Positions 1-8,960 of a stretch of 64,000 nucleotides of DNA are shown here, piece after piece. The translations under genes and the position numbers were made by a program. The first letter of the stretch is position 1. Each line of letters starts with the position of its first letter. The stretch lies in the NCBI GenBank assembly GCA_050952725.1, contig JBMNLN010000001.1, positions 752,108 through 816,107 of the forward strand, given 5' to 3'. The DNA is from Bacilli bacterium (GTDB lineage: Bacteria > Bacillota_I > Bacilli_A > RFN20 > CAG-826). The notes beneath the pieces are model-generated. The model made no database searches. It was not told the origin of the DNA and saw nothing but the letters and a program-made list of their open reading frames with translations.

Positions 1-1131
1 TGACAAGAACCATGCGAATCCCTTGAAAAGAACCAGTTTTGCCTTTAGGAGTATAATCTCTCGCAGTAGCGATAAATAATCCCGAGCAAAGCATGTTTCC
101 ACACATGATTAATGTGCCTCCTAAAACTAGGGACACCATCTTTAAAATTTCATTATCAGGATGGAAAAATTTGATGAGATAACAGAGTAAACCTCCGACT
201 ATTCCGACTATTGCCACGGGATAATAGATGCGGGTTTTGCCATATTTATCCATCAATTTCCCGCCTAAAACTGAAAGAGTTGCGGAAAAGACCACGATTA
301 GGGCGATAGGAATTACATAGTTAGCAATCCCCAAAGTATGTTGAAAAAGGGAAATCATATAAGGTTGCCACATCTGCAGAGAAAGTGAAGAACAGAGCAT
401 CCCGATAAAGCAAACATAAATCATCTTGTGGTTTTTGATGTTTTTGGGGACAAATCCATAAAAAGTATTTTTCAAATAGGTGTTACTGCGGTCTGGCTTT
501 AAATGCGGTGAATCCTTAAAGAGGAATAAACCTAAGATTCCAATTAAAGTGACTACTCCTCCGAGAATGATGAAGAAGAGATCCCATTTTCCCGCTTGAG
601 TCAAGCCATCAAATCCGACGAAAATAATCATCAAGGCGGCAATCGGCATCAGCGAGAGAATCACATCGGTTAAACCGCGATTGGTGATATCGGTGACATC
701 GCTAATCCAGGCTGAGAAAGCCGCATCATTGGACATCGAACCAAAGAGGGTCATAACGCAGTCCATAATCACAAAGAGAACGACAATTCTCACTACGTTT
801 GCGGCTTCGACTTGGTCATTGCCAAAAAGAGCAAATAAGGCGGTGATCACTCCCCAAAAGATATAACCGACACAGACGAAGAATTTCCGTTTACCGAAGC
901 GATCAGAGAGGGCGCCACCAAAGATGGTGGCTAAAGCCGCGACAATGGCACTACTTGCGACTGCGGCACTGGTCGCCCAAGCATCTTTGGTAATATTAAT
1001 TTGAATAAAGGCGGAAAAATACATATTTTCCACCATCCAAGCTAACTGTCCTGCCAGCCCAAACAGCAAAATACAGGCCCAGATTTTCGGACCTAATTTC
1101 GTCGCTTTTTTCACGACTACATTATTTTCCA
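1..1131 (-). CDS. MFS-family transporter, partial. The N-terminus is at 1131 and the C-terminus lies beyond the window edge.
   Basis: The reverse-strand ORF starts at ATG (complement of 1129-1131) and translates to MENNVVVKKATKLGPKIWACILLFGLAGQLAW.... It has 11-12 hydrophobic helices and a GxxxD/RxGKR-like loop (DRFGKRKFF). It runs off the 5' edge of the window. Confidence 0.7.
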
Positions 1132-1196
1132 TAGTAAGTCTCCTTACGTTTTGATTCTAACACCTTTATTTTGATACATAGCAGTTGCTTATTTCA

Positions 1197-1234
1197 ATAA
1201 AAAAATCCTAACCTTGGCGTTAGGATATTGTTTT
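1197..1234. terminator. Rho-independent terminator hairpin downstream of tRNA-Ser on the minus strand.
   Basis: Inverted repeat ATCCTAACcttggcGTTAGGAT at 1205-1226 is flanked by an A-run on the plus strand, which is a T-run on the minus strand. Confidence 0.5.
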
Positions 1235-1237
1235 CCC

Positions 1238-1328
1238 TGGCGGAGAAATGGGGATTCGAACCCCAGCTGGGCGTACACCCACTATCAGTTTTCGAAACTG
1301 ACCCCTTCAACCACTTGGGTATTTCTCC
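1238..1328 (-). tRNA. tRNA-Ser (anticodon CGA).
   Basis: The reverse complement reads GGAGAAATACCCAAGTGGTTGAAGGGGTCAGTTTCGAAAACTGATAGTGGGTGTACGCCCAGCTGGGGTTCGAATCCCCATTTCTCCGCCA. It forms a cloverleaf with a long variable arm. The anticodon loop is TTCGAAA and the CCA end is encoded. Confidence 0.9.
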
Positions 1329-1407
1329 GTTAACGATTATAGCATAAACGCGGAATGAGCGAACTAACTTCCAGAATTTCTTACCCAGTCCCGAACTTTG
1401 TGAGCAA

Positions 1408-1434
1408 CTGACAAATTAAATCTCTTTGTGTATA
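1408..1434 (+). promoter_or_regulatory. Putative sigma-A promoter with an extended -10 element (cTGACA ... TGTGTATAAT).
   Basis: TGTGTATAAT at 1425-1434 is an extended -10 element. A -35-like CTGACA lies at 1408-1413 with a 15 bp spacer. It sits just upstream of the GGDEF-EAL/proS operon. Confidence 0.35.
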
Positions 1435-1464
1435 ATTGATAAAGTAGATATAACATTTATTTTT

Positions 1465-3210
1465 ATGATGCTACCTATTGAACAGATACATTGGCAATTC
1501 ATCAGTATTGGCGGGGGATTACTCCTAATTCTCATCCTTTTTCTCATCCTCTATCGCCGCGATAAAAAACTCGCGAAAATCGATGAAGTGCGCCTGGAGT
1601 TTAAACGCAATGCTCTGAAGATCTACATGCTCGATTTAATCCACAATACTGTGCTCTGTTTCTCGCGGAGCCGCATCCGCGAAAAAACCGCAGGTGGCAT
1701 TGATATCTTCTATCAGCAATTTCACCCCTCGGAAAGAGAGCGGATCATCCAATGGTTTTACGATTTGCTCGCTGATAAACCCGATACCCCAAGTTATTTA
1801 GAAGCCGATATCATCGGCGGGCAAGGGGACCAGAAGAAGCATCCGTTTTTCTTGCTTTTGCAAGTTTATAAAGTCGATCGTGAACATAAACGCATCTATT
1901 TAGAAAGCACGATTCTGCGCTCGGTTCATCCGCGGGTCAAGATTCGCAAGCGGCGAAAACGCTATCCGACGATGATTACTTCGGAAGCGAGGATGCGCGC
2001 TTATTTCGAGCGAAATAAAGATCATTTACGCGGAACTACTACGCTCTTTCGCTTCTATAAATTGAACTATCATCAAACTTCAACTTTGCCTTTAGAACAC
2101 CAATTAGCCGTAGTCTTACAAGATAAACTAATCGGCTTCCTCGGCAATGGGCGTTATTTACTGGCTTTTAGCGATATGGAAATCGCTGTTTTTGATGTGA
2201 AGAGCCTCGGGAGAAGTACCGCCTTGGAAATCGCTCGCGCAATCGCTAGTGAAATGGCCGCCTATCTCGATATTAACGGGCTGAAAGAAAACTATTCTTT
2301 CTCGATTGGCATCGCGGAAAACAAAGGTCCCTTTGCCGATTATGATTCTTTGATTGAAGGGGCGCGAACCGCGGCGATTCTCGCTGAAGAAAGCGGGAAG
2401 AAAATCGCTTTCTATGAAGGAGGGCCGCAATCGACTCCAACCGAGAATAAAGTTTTCTCCCTTGAATTAGAAAGCCTGATTAAACAACGGAAAATCAATG
2501 TTGCCTATCGCCCCATTGTCGATGTGCGCAAAGGGGCACCAATGGGTTATATCGCCTATTTAGAACCGTATGATTCTCTTTTCAATAACATCAGAGAACT
2601 GCGCGAATACGCCTACAAAGCCAATCAGCATCAAGAACTCTTCTCGTTGCTAGGAAAAAAAGCGATTCCGAGATTCTACGCCCAACGGGGCGATCAAAAA
2701 CAAAAGCTTTTCTTCCCCGTTTCCGTGATTGATGATTATGCGATTAATAAACTGCTCAGCCGTATCAATCATAGCAAGGATGTCAACTTGGTCTTGACCT
2801 TTGCTGAAGAAGAAGTCGGCTATTCGTTAAAGGATATCGAAGTTTTCAGCGAAAGATTGAATAACTATAATCAACTCGGACATGAAGTCGCGGTCCGGAT
2901 TCAAGATGCGACCTTAACCCTTCCTTCATCGATGTATCGTCAATTCGATTACTTCCTCATCGATCATCGGATGGTCAAGCGCTTAAAAACCGATGAGCGA
3001 AGGCGGACGCACTTAAGTTCTGTATTGGAGAAGTTAATCAAATACAACAAGCCGATTGTCATCACCGATCTCGATAACTGGGCGGCGATTCAGTTGGTGA
3101 TTCAAATGGGAATTAACCTGATCAGTTCTGATGAGATCAGCATGCGCAGTGAGATGATCTTGCCAGTGGAAAACAAAAAAATCAAACGGCTCAATAGTTT
3201 TGCCGATTAA
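1465..3210 (+). CDS. Membrane-anchored signalling protein with degenerate GGDEF and EAL-like domains. Both are probably catalytically inactive.
   Basis: The ORF-track start at 1426 is a TTG artefact. The first ATG pair is at 1465/1468 (MMLPIEQ). There is an N-terminal transmembrane helix. GRYLLAFSDMEIAVF ... SFSIGIAE resembles a GGDEF fold in which the GG(D/E)EF motif is replaced by FSDME. VAYRPIVDVRKGAPMGYIAYLEP resembles the start of an EAL domain with IAY in place of EAL. Confidence 0.55.
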   Translation: MMLPIEQIHWQFISIGGGLLLILILFLILYRRDKKLAKIDEVRLEFKRNALKIYMLDLIHNTVLCFSRSRIREKTAGGIDIFYQQFHPSERERIIQWFYDLLADKPDTPSYLEADIIGGQGDQKKHPFFLLLQVYKVDREHKRIYLESTILRSVHPRVKIRKRRKRYPTMITSEARMRAYFERNKDHLRGTTTLFRFYKLNYHQTSTLPLEHQLAVVLQDKLIGFLGNGRYLLAFSDMEIAVFDVKSLGRSTALEIARAIASEMAAYLDINGLKENYSFSIGIAENKGPFADYDSLIEGARTAAILAEESGKKIAFYEGGPQSTPTENKVFSLELESLIKQRKINVAYRPIVDVRKGAPMGYIAYLEPYDSLFNNIRELREYAYKANQHQELFSLLGKKAIPRFYAQRGDQKQKLFFPVSVIDDYAINKLLSRINHSKDVNLVLTFAEEEVGYSLKDIEVFSERLNNYNQLGHEVAVRIQDATLTLPSSMYRQFDYFLIDHRMVKRLKTDERRRTHLSSVLEKLIKYNKPIVITDLDNWAAIQLVIQMGINLISSDEISMRSEMILPVENKKIKRLNSFAD

Positions 3211-3224
3211 GGGGAAAGAAAATT

Positions 3225-4661
3225 ATGGGAAAACAAATTAAAAATGAAGCGATTACCGCGCGCGAGGTCGATTTCGCCCAGTGGTATACCGATGTCTGTC
3301 GCAAAGCGGAATTGATGGATTATTCTTCCGTCAAAGGCTTTATTATCTATCGTCCTTATGGCTATGCGCTCTGGGAGCAAATCCAAAGTTATCTCGATGC
3401 GCGTTTTAAGGAAACGGGTCACCAAAATGTCTATTTACCATTGGTGATTCCGTCTTCGCTTTTCCAAAAGGAAAAAGATCACGTTGCCGGTTTTGCCCCG
3501 GAAACATTAATCGCGACAATTGGGGGCGATAAGGAAATCGATGATCCATTGATCATCCGTCCGACTAGCGAAGTGCTCTTTTGCGAACATTTTGCTAAAA
3601 TCGTCAATTCTTATCGCGATTTACCGCTTCTTTACAACCAATGGTGTTCCGTGGTTCGCTGGGAGAAGACCACCCGTCCTTTCTTGCGCGGTTCCGAATT
3701 CTTGTGGCAAGAAGGTCATACTCTGCACGCTAGTGAAGTCGAAGCCCGACATGAAACCTTACAGATGTTAGAAATCTATAAAGAGATGGGGAAAGAACTC
3801 CTAGCGATTCCCTTTGTCACCGGGATTAAAACCGAAAAAGAAAAATTCGCTGGGGCAATCAACACCTATACGATCGAAGCCTTAATGCATGATGGCAAAG
3901 CCTTACAAAGTGGGACAACTCACTATTTTGGCACCGGCTTTGCGGAAGCTTTTAATATCACCTTCCAAGATAGAGATAATTTAGTGAAAAATCCCCATCA
4001 ATCCTCGTGGGGGGTTTCCACGCGTCTTATCGGCGCGGTCATCATGGTCCACGGGGATGATAATGGTTTAGTCTTGCCGCCCCGTGTGGCGCCAACTCAA
4101 ATCGTCATCGTCCCGATTCAAAGTCAAAAAGAAGGGGTCTTGTCAAAGGCGGAACATTACTTAAAGCGCTTAAAACAAGCGGGATATCGGGTCAAACTCG
4201 ATAACAGCGATGCCAGTCCAGGTTGGAAATTTGCCGAATATGAGATGAAAGGTGTCCCTCTGCGCATCGAAGTGGGACCGCGCGATTTAAACAATGGGGT
4301 CTTTACTATTTCTCGACGTGTTGATGGCAAGAAAAATATCGTTCCGGATCATAGTCTCGAAGATGTGGTCAGCGAACAATTAGATGAGATTCATGAATTA
4401 ATGTACGCAAAAGCCTATCAATTTTTCCATGAGCGCCTGAGCGAAGCGACTTCATTTGCCCAAATTGGCAAGGCCTTGGATGAAAAACCTGGCTATGTAA
4501 AAATTATGTGGTGTGGCGATCAAGCATGTCTCGATAAAGTCAAAGAAGAATTTCAAGCTACGGCTCGGTGTCTCCCTTTTGAACAAATCGCGATTAGCGA
4601 CACTTGTGCGGTCTGTGGAAAGAAAGGACTCCATCTAGTCTATCTTGCCCGCGCTTATTAA
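3225..4661 (+). CDS. proS: Prolyl-tRNA synthetase, archaeal/eukaryotic-type class II enzyme with a C-terminal Zn-binding domain.
   Basis: The 478 aa product has class II motifs and an anticodon-binding region. It ends with a CxxC...CxxC tail (MWCGDQACL...CAVCGKK) typical of archaeal-type ProRS. An RBS (AAGGGGAAAG) lies upstream. Confidence 0.9.
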   Translation: MGKQIKNEAITAREVDFAQWYTDVCRKAELMDYSSVKGFIIYRPYGYALWEQIQSYLDARFKETGHQNVYLPLVIPSSLFQKEKDHVAGFAPETLIATIGGDKEIDDPLIIRPTSEVLFCEHFAKIVNSYRDLPLLYNQWCSVVRWEKTTRPFLRGSEFLWQEGHTLHASEVEARHETLQMLEIYKEMGKELLAIPFVTGIKTEKEKFAGAINTYTIEALMHDGKALQSGTTHYFGTGFAEAFNITFQDRDNLVKNPHQSSWGVSTRLIGAVIMVHGDDNGLVLPPRVAPTQIVIVPIQSQKEGVLSKAEHYLKRLKQAGYRVKLDNSDASPGWKFAEYEMKGVPLRIEVGPRDLNNGVFTISRRVDGKKNIVPDHSLEDVVSEQLDEIHELMYAKAYQFFHERLSEATSFAQIGKALDEKPGYVKIMWCGDQACLDKVKEEFQATARCLPFEQIAISDTCAVCGKKGLHLVYLARAY

Positions 4662-4730
4662 AGGAGAAGAAGTCGCTACTTGTTATCATTGAAGAAAAAA
4701 CTTCTTTTATGTTATGATAAGTGGCGAATC

Positions 4731-4821
4731 GGAGTAGTACCCAAGTTGGTGAAGGGGCCTCCCTGCTAAGGAGGTAGGTCGGGTAACTGGCGCCAGAGTT
4801 CGAGTCTCTGCTACTCCGCCA
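4731..4821 (+). tRNA. tRNA-Ser (anticodon GCT).
   Basis: GGAGTAGTACCCAAGTTGGTGAAGGGGCCTCCCTGCTAAGGAGG...CTACTCCGCCA has a long variable arm. The anticodon loop is CTGCTAA. Confidence 0.9.
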
Positions 4822-4832
4822 TTGAGCAAATT

Positions 4833-4868
4833 AAGGATTGATTCACAATAATCAATCCTTTTTCTTTC
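4833..4868 (+). terminator. Rho-independent terminator after tRNA-Ser(GCT).
   Basis: Hairpin AAGGATTGATTcacaatAATCAATCCTT is followed by a TTTCTTTC tail. Confidence 0.5.
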
Positions 4869-4957
4869 GCGAAAATCAGAACTTTTCCCGTGGATATTTT
4901 CAATATCCAATTGATAGTTTAAAATAAAAAATAGGAACGATATTTTGGAGAATCACC

Positions 4958-6322
4958 ATGAAACACAAAAAAATAAGAGCCTCGATTTTGACTGGCTATC
5001 TCGCCCTTGGCGTGATTGGTTTATTTAACTCGCTCGGCCAGCGCGGTTTTTTACCAGGAGTTATCGCTAATCCCTTAACTCCCGCTTATAAACGCACCTT
5101 GATTGCTGGCGATGGCCCCGGAGTCGCTGCCCCTTTGCGCGGAGTCGTCGAAATCAAGGGGGATAACTATTATTATGCGACTGCTTCCGCTCAAAGCAGT
5201 GACCAATTGATGATCTTATCGGCGACTGATGCCAAAAACCCGGGAGTTTTAATGAATATCACCGTAATTAACGGCATCGCCGAAGTGAAAGCGACTTTTA
5301 CTGGAAGTGGCAATCTCTATGCGCTGGTCACCGCGACCTTATTTGAGCGTTTTGCGCCGACCGCGGCTGATGGTTTAACTAGTGGGGTTACTAAAGAATT
5401 CGCTACTGTCGGGGGATACTTGCTGCTAATGACCGATTCCCTTAATCCCATCTCAATTGCAAGTCTTGAAATCTGTTTCCACTGCAATGGGGATAATGAT
5501 GCTGGTTTCTTTTTTGAACCAGGAGTCAATGCGTATACTGGAGCCCGTTCTTTAGGAAGTAATATCGCGATGACCCATAACGGACTCTCGTTTACAACCA
5601 ATCCAACCGCGACCACGCATAATTATTCAGGAGAAACAGCTGTTCCTCCGGCAACTCGGGCCAATTCATGGTATCGCTGGAATGGGGTAACTATGAGAAA
5701 CTACAAGTTAGATGGAGAAAACCGCGATTATTCCGCGACGCGTTTTGGCAATTTTTTTAGTTCATCATTTGAAGTCAGCGTTACCGCCTTTGTTGACCCG
5801 GTGGTCTTTTATGATGCGGATGAATGGTTCTGTGTCGCTCCGTGGATGAGTTTATCAGTGCAAGGAGACGCTCGCACTCCGAGGGCTTACTTGCAATCCT
5901 ACATTGGCAATGACAACTATGATCCTTTAACTACGGTAAATACGCTGCATCAACCTTATTGGTCGGGGCGCTTCTTTACTAATTACACTTATGATGCTGC
6001 CGATGCTTATCCCGATGATTATATCTTCCAAGATCCTGATACTTTTACGGTGATCGATGATGCTTCCACCACTCTTCGCGCAGCATATGAAGCGATTAAT
6101 TTACCATTCTTTAATGTCACTTTCCAAATCAGTGGAAATACTTATAAAATCTTCATTAATGGCTTTTGGGTTTATACCGATACGATTCTTTCGACTTATA
6201 CAGACGAAGCCTTTGGGATTGAAACTTTTGATCTACAAGCAGTCAACTATGGAAACGCTGATGGATCACCAAAAGCAGGTTATGCGGTTACCTATTCCAA
6301 CCCAGTAGTGAAAACGATTTAA
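4958..6322 (+). CDS. Hypothetical exported or membrane-anchored protein.
   Basis: The 454 aa product has a basic N-terminus followed by a hydrophobic helix (signal anchor). It is Gly/Thr/Asn-rich and has no recognisable catalytic motif. Confidence 0.45.
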   Translation: MKHKKIRASILTGYLALGVIGLFNSLGQRGFLPGVIANPLTPAYKRTLIAGDGPGVAAPLRGVVEIKGDNYYYATASAQSSDQLMILSATDAKNPGVLMNITVINGIAEVKATFTGSGNLYALVTATLFERFAPTAADGLTSGVTKEFATVGGYLLLMTDSLNPISIASLEICFHCNGDNDAGFFFEPGVNAYTGARSLGSNIAMTHNGLSFTTNPTATTHNYSGETAVPPATRANSWYRWNGVTMRNYKLDGENRDYSATRFGNFFSSSFEVSVTAFVDPVVFYDADEWFCVAPWMSLSVQGDARTPRAYLQSYIGNDNYDPLTTVNTLHQPYWSGRFFTNYTYDAADAYPDDYIFQDPDTFTVIDDASTTLRAAYEAINLPFFNVTFQISGNTYKIFINGFWVYTDTILSTYTDEAFGIETFDLQAVNYGNADGSPKAGYAVTYSNPVVKTI

Positions 6323-6820
6323 GTGATATTTAAAATAATCCGAAAGCATAATCTTGACTAAAAACCAATCGCAATTATGATGTAATTAGGCCCAGGGGAA
6401 TCCTGCGCGGTAAAAAGTGGCTTCGGCCCCTTTTTATTTTTATGTCCATTTCTTTTTTTGATTTGCGGCGAAAAGATGAAGCCCTTTTTTAAAACATTCT
6501 AGATAACCGATGAATTTTAGTTAAATACTTCTCAATAGGTGGGTTGTTTTTGGGGAGTCTCAACCAACTTCCCGTGCTAAAGGTAAAAAGGCGGAAAAAG
6601 CAAAGTTTTGTCCATCAAGAGGTAAAGCCTTCTTGCTTGCCATGCGATTTGGCGTAAGGATTTATTTCAAATGCTCCCAATGATAATTTACTACTAGTTT
6701 ACTTATTGTTTCATAGACCATAATTTATCAATGTGTTAAAATTAACTCGTTGTTAAGGGAAAGGTCTTCCCCTTTGGTATCCCCCTCCCTTAGTTAATCA
6801 ATCTGCAAAAGGAGAATATT

Positions 6821-7945
6821 ATGATTGAAGTCAAGCTGGTCACGACCAAACGTCAGTTGAAGAAGTTCGTCAATTTTCCCGTTAAACTCTACCGAGATTG
6901 TCCTTACTTTACCCCTTATATTTACGAAGAGGAAATGAGCAATCTCACCCCGGGGAAAAACCCCGCGGAGTCCTATTGTGAATTTCAACCCTTCCTCGCT
7001 TACAAAGATGGTAAAATCGTCGGCCGAGTCTGTGCGATTTTAAATCACCATGCCAATAAGCGATATCAGCAAAAGCGCATCCGCTTTAATCGGATTGATA
7101 TGATTGATGATTTCGAAGTCACCCAAGCTTTGATCAAAGCCGTAGAAGATTTCGGGAAAGAACGCGGAATGGATGAGATTACTGGACCTTTAGGCTATAG
7201 CGATCAAGATAAAGAAGGTTTGCTAAAACACGGTTTTGATCGCCACAATATGTTTGTCACCTTCTACCACTTTCCCTATTATTATCAACACTTAACCAAA
7301 CTCGGTTTTGTCGATGATGCCACGTGGAACGAATACCGCATCTATATCCCAGGCGAGGAAGCGATTGGCAAGATGGAAACATTATCTGACTATATCGCAA
7401 AGAAATTTAATTATCGCCTCCTCGACATCAAAAGAAAAAGCGATCTTAAACCTTATGTAGTCAAGGCGCTCTCGGTGATGAATCGCGCTTTTAAAGACCT
7501 CTATGGCTATGTGCAAATCTCGGAAAAAGATATGCATTATCTCGCTGGTCAATATGTTCCCCTCTTCCATCTTGATTACACGGCGATTGTCGTTGATGAA
7601 CACGATGAAGTCGTCGCTTTTGGAGTTTTGATCCCCACTCCTGCGTTTGCCTTAAAGAAGAGCAAGGGAAAACTCCTCCCCTTTGGTTGGATTGGCTTTC
7701 TGCGCGCCTTAAGAAAAGAAAAGATTCTCGATATGCTCCTAGTCGCGGTTGAGCCCGAACTCCAAAACACTGGGGTTTTGACGATGATTTTTGCCAAAGC
7801 GATGCGCAATGCCCACAAAAATGGGATTAAATATGCGGAAACAGGTCCGGAGTTAATCGATAACCTCAAAGTGCAATCGCTATGGAAAAACTTCGAACAC
7901 GAACATCATAAAACCCGGGTCTGCATGGTCAAACCCATCGAGTAA
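6821..7945 (+). CDS. GNAT-like N-acyltransferase family protein (putative).
   Basis: The N-terminal FVNFPVKLYRDCPYFTPYIYEEE resembles the conserved leader of large GNAT-family acyltransferases of about 370 aa. A good RBS (AAGGAG) is present. The call is by family recall only. Confidence 0.4.
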   Translation: MIEVKLVTTKRQLKKFVNFPVKLYRDCPYFTPYIYEEEMSNLTPGKNPAESYCEFQPFLAYKDGKIVGRVCAILNHHANKRYQQKRIRFNRIDMIDDFEVTQALIKAVEDFGKERGMDEITGPLGYSDQDKEGLLKHGFDRHNMFVTFYHFPYYYQHLTKLGFVDDATWNEYRIYIPGEEAIGKMETLSDYIAKKFNYRLLDIKRKSDLKPYVVKALSVMNRAFKDLYGYVQISEKDMHYLAGQYVPLFHLDYTAIVVDEHDEVVAFGVLIPTPAFALKKSKGKLLPFGWIGFLRALRKEKILDMLLVAVEPELQNTGVLTMIFAKAMRNAHKNGIKYAETGPELIDNLKVQSLWKNFEHEHHKTRVCMVKPIE

Positions 7946-8112
7946 AATACGAGTCTTAACCAATCAAAAAGAGCGAGCAACTAGACTCGCTCTTTTCATG
8001 TTCAAGGAGATTATCACTGAAGAGATGAAAATGATTTATAACCATGATGTTTGCTTCGTAAACAACCTAAGTAGTCCTCGAGTACTTTTGCCAAAAAGTG
8101 TCGTTACTTTAA

Positions 8113-8142
8113 AGAACAAAAAAACGAACTTTCATTAGTTCG
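8113..8142 (-). terminator. Rho-independent terminator for the minus-strand lipoprotein gene.
   Basis: On the minus strand the hairpin CGAACTaatgaaAGTTCG is followed by TTTTTTTG. Confidence 0.45.
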
Positions 8143-8167
8143 CTCTTTCATCGCTTTTAACGGGGCT

Positions 8168-8650
8168 TTAAGCACTTAAAGGAATAAAGGTGATTCGGCT
8201 ACTGGTCCATTCTTCAAAACTCTGCGCATCTTCAAACAGAGGATGATCGCTATCATAGGAAATCCAATAATAGGGGTCCCCGCGTTCATAGATAGCAAAG
8301 ATTGGCAACTCGATGCCTGCTTCTGCGATGGGAAGGCCAAAATCATAAAGGAGACTGCCATCGTTGAGCACTTGATAATAGGGGAGATGATGGTCGTTAA
8401 TATAGTCCATCAACGCTGAGTGAAAAGTCAAAGAACACGAGCAATATTGGCTAAAGACCACCAGCAGAAACGAATCCTGATTGTCATAAGCGGCTTTGGT
8501 TTCGGTCTGTTGGCTAATATTGTAATCATCCGGAACGACAAAATGCTCCGCGGGTGTTAATTCGACGCGGTGCAGAGGATTATTTTTACAACTGGCTAAT
8601 CCGCCCAAAAGGGAGAGAAGCCAGAACAAGGACGTGAGTTTTTTCATCAT
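8168..8650 (-). CDS. Small lipoprotein of unknown function.
   Basis: MMKKLTSLFWLLSLLGGLASCKNN is a signal peptide with an L-A-S-C lipobox. Confidence 0.6.
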   Translation of the reverse strand: MMKKLTSLFWLLSLLGGLASCKNNPLHRVELTPAEHFVVPDDYNISQQTETKAAYDNQDSFLLVVFSQYCSCSLTFHSALMDYINDHHLPYYQVLNDGSLLYDFGLPIAEAGIELPIFAIYERGDPYYWISYDSDHPLFEDAQSFEEWTSSRITFIPLSA

Positions 8651-8960
8651 TTATTAATATAGCAAAAAGAATGCAAAAAACATATTTCATTTTGATCGCG
8701 AGGGAAACCAGGTCAAGATTAAACACATCATATTCGCCAAAGCATTGCGAGGATGTTGCCCTTTAATCTAATCACGAAGCGCTTTTTCGCTAATTTTGGT
8801 CGTGAGAAAACAAAGCGGACATGATTTTCCTGTCCTTATAAGGAGAAAACGGAATTAGCCAACAGTCCTCTTGAGAAACGCCATTTGACAATCGGAAGGC
8901 TTTAAGTTGATAATTAATTTATCAAGAGTTTAAATTTTCAAAAAGGAGTTTAAAAAATTC

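Noticed and set aside
1426-1464. The ORF-track start codons at 1426, 18461 and 20145.
   Set aside because: All three are TTG codons reported as Met by the ORF finder. Each has an in-frame ATG with a better RBS context a few codons downstream (1465, 18476 and 20151), so the starts were moved.
2158-2430. Multiple 60-160 aa ORFs antisense to or nested inside large genes, for example 2158-2430, 5317-5616, 7382-7869, 11083-11988, 29419-29895, 31237-32053, 43081-43867, 45431-46330, 48406-48619, 54151-55057 and 61961-62353.
   Set aside because: Each lies wholly within a longer, well-supported CDS on the other strand or in another frame. They have no RBS and no recognisable motifs, and are typical moderate-GC frame noise.
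1465-3210. Calling the GGDEF-EAL protein an active diguanylate cyclase or phosphodiesterase.
   Set aside because: Both catalytic motifs are replaced (FSDME for GGDEF, IAY for EAL), so enzymatic activity is unlikely. It is annotated as a degenerate sensor or scaffold instead.
4707-4910. A 67 aa minus-strand ORF.
   Set aside because: It completely overlaps tRNA-Ser(GCT) and its terminator, and is an antisense artefact.
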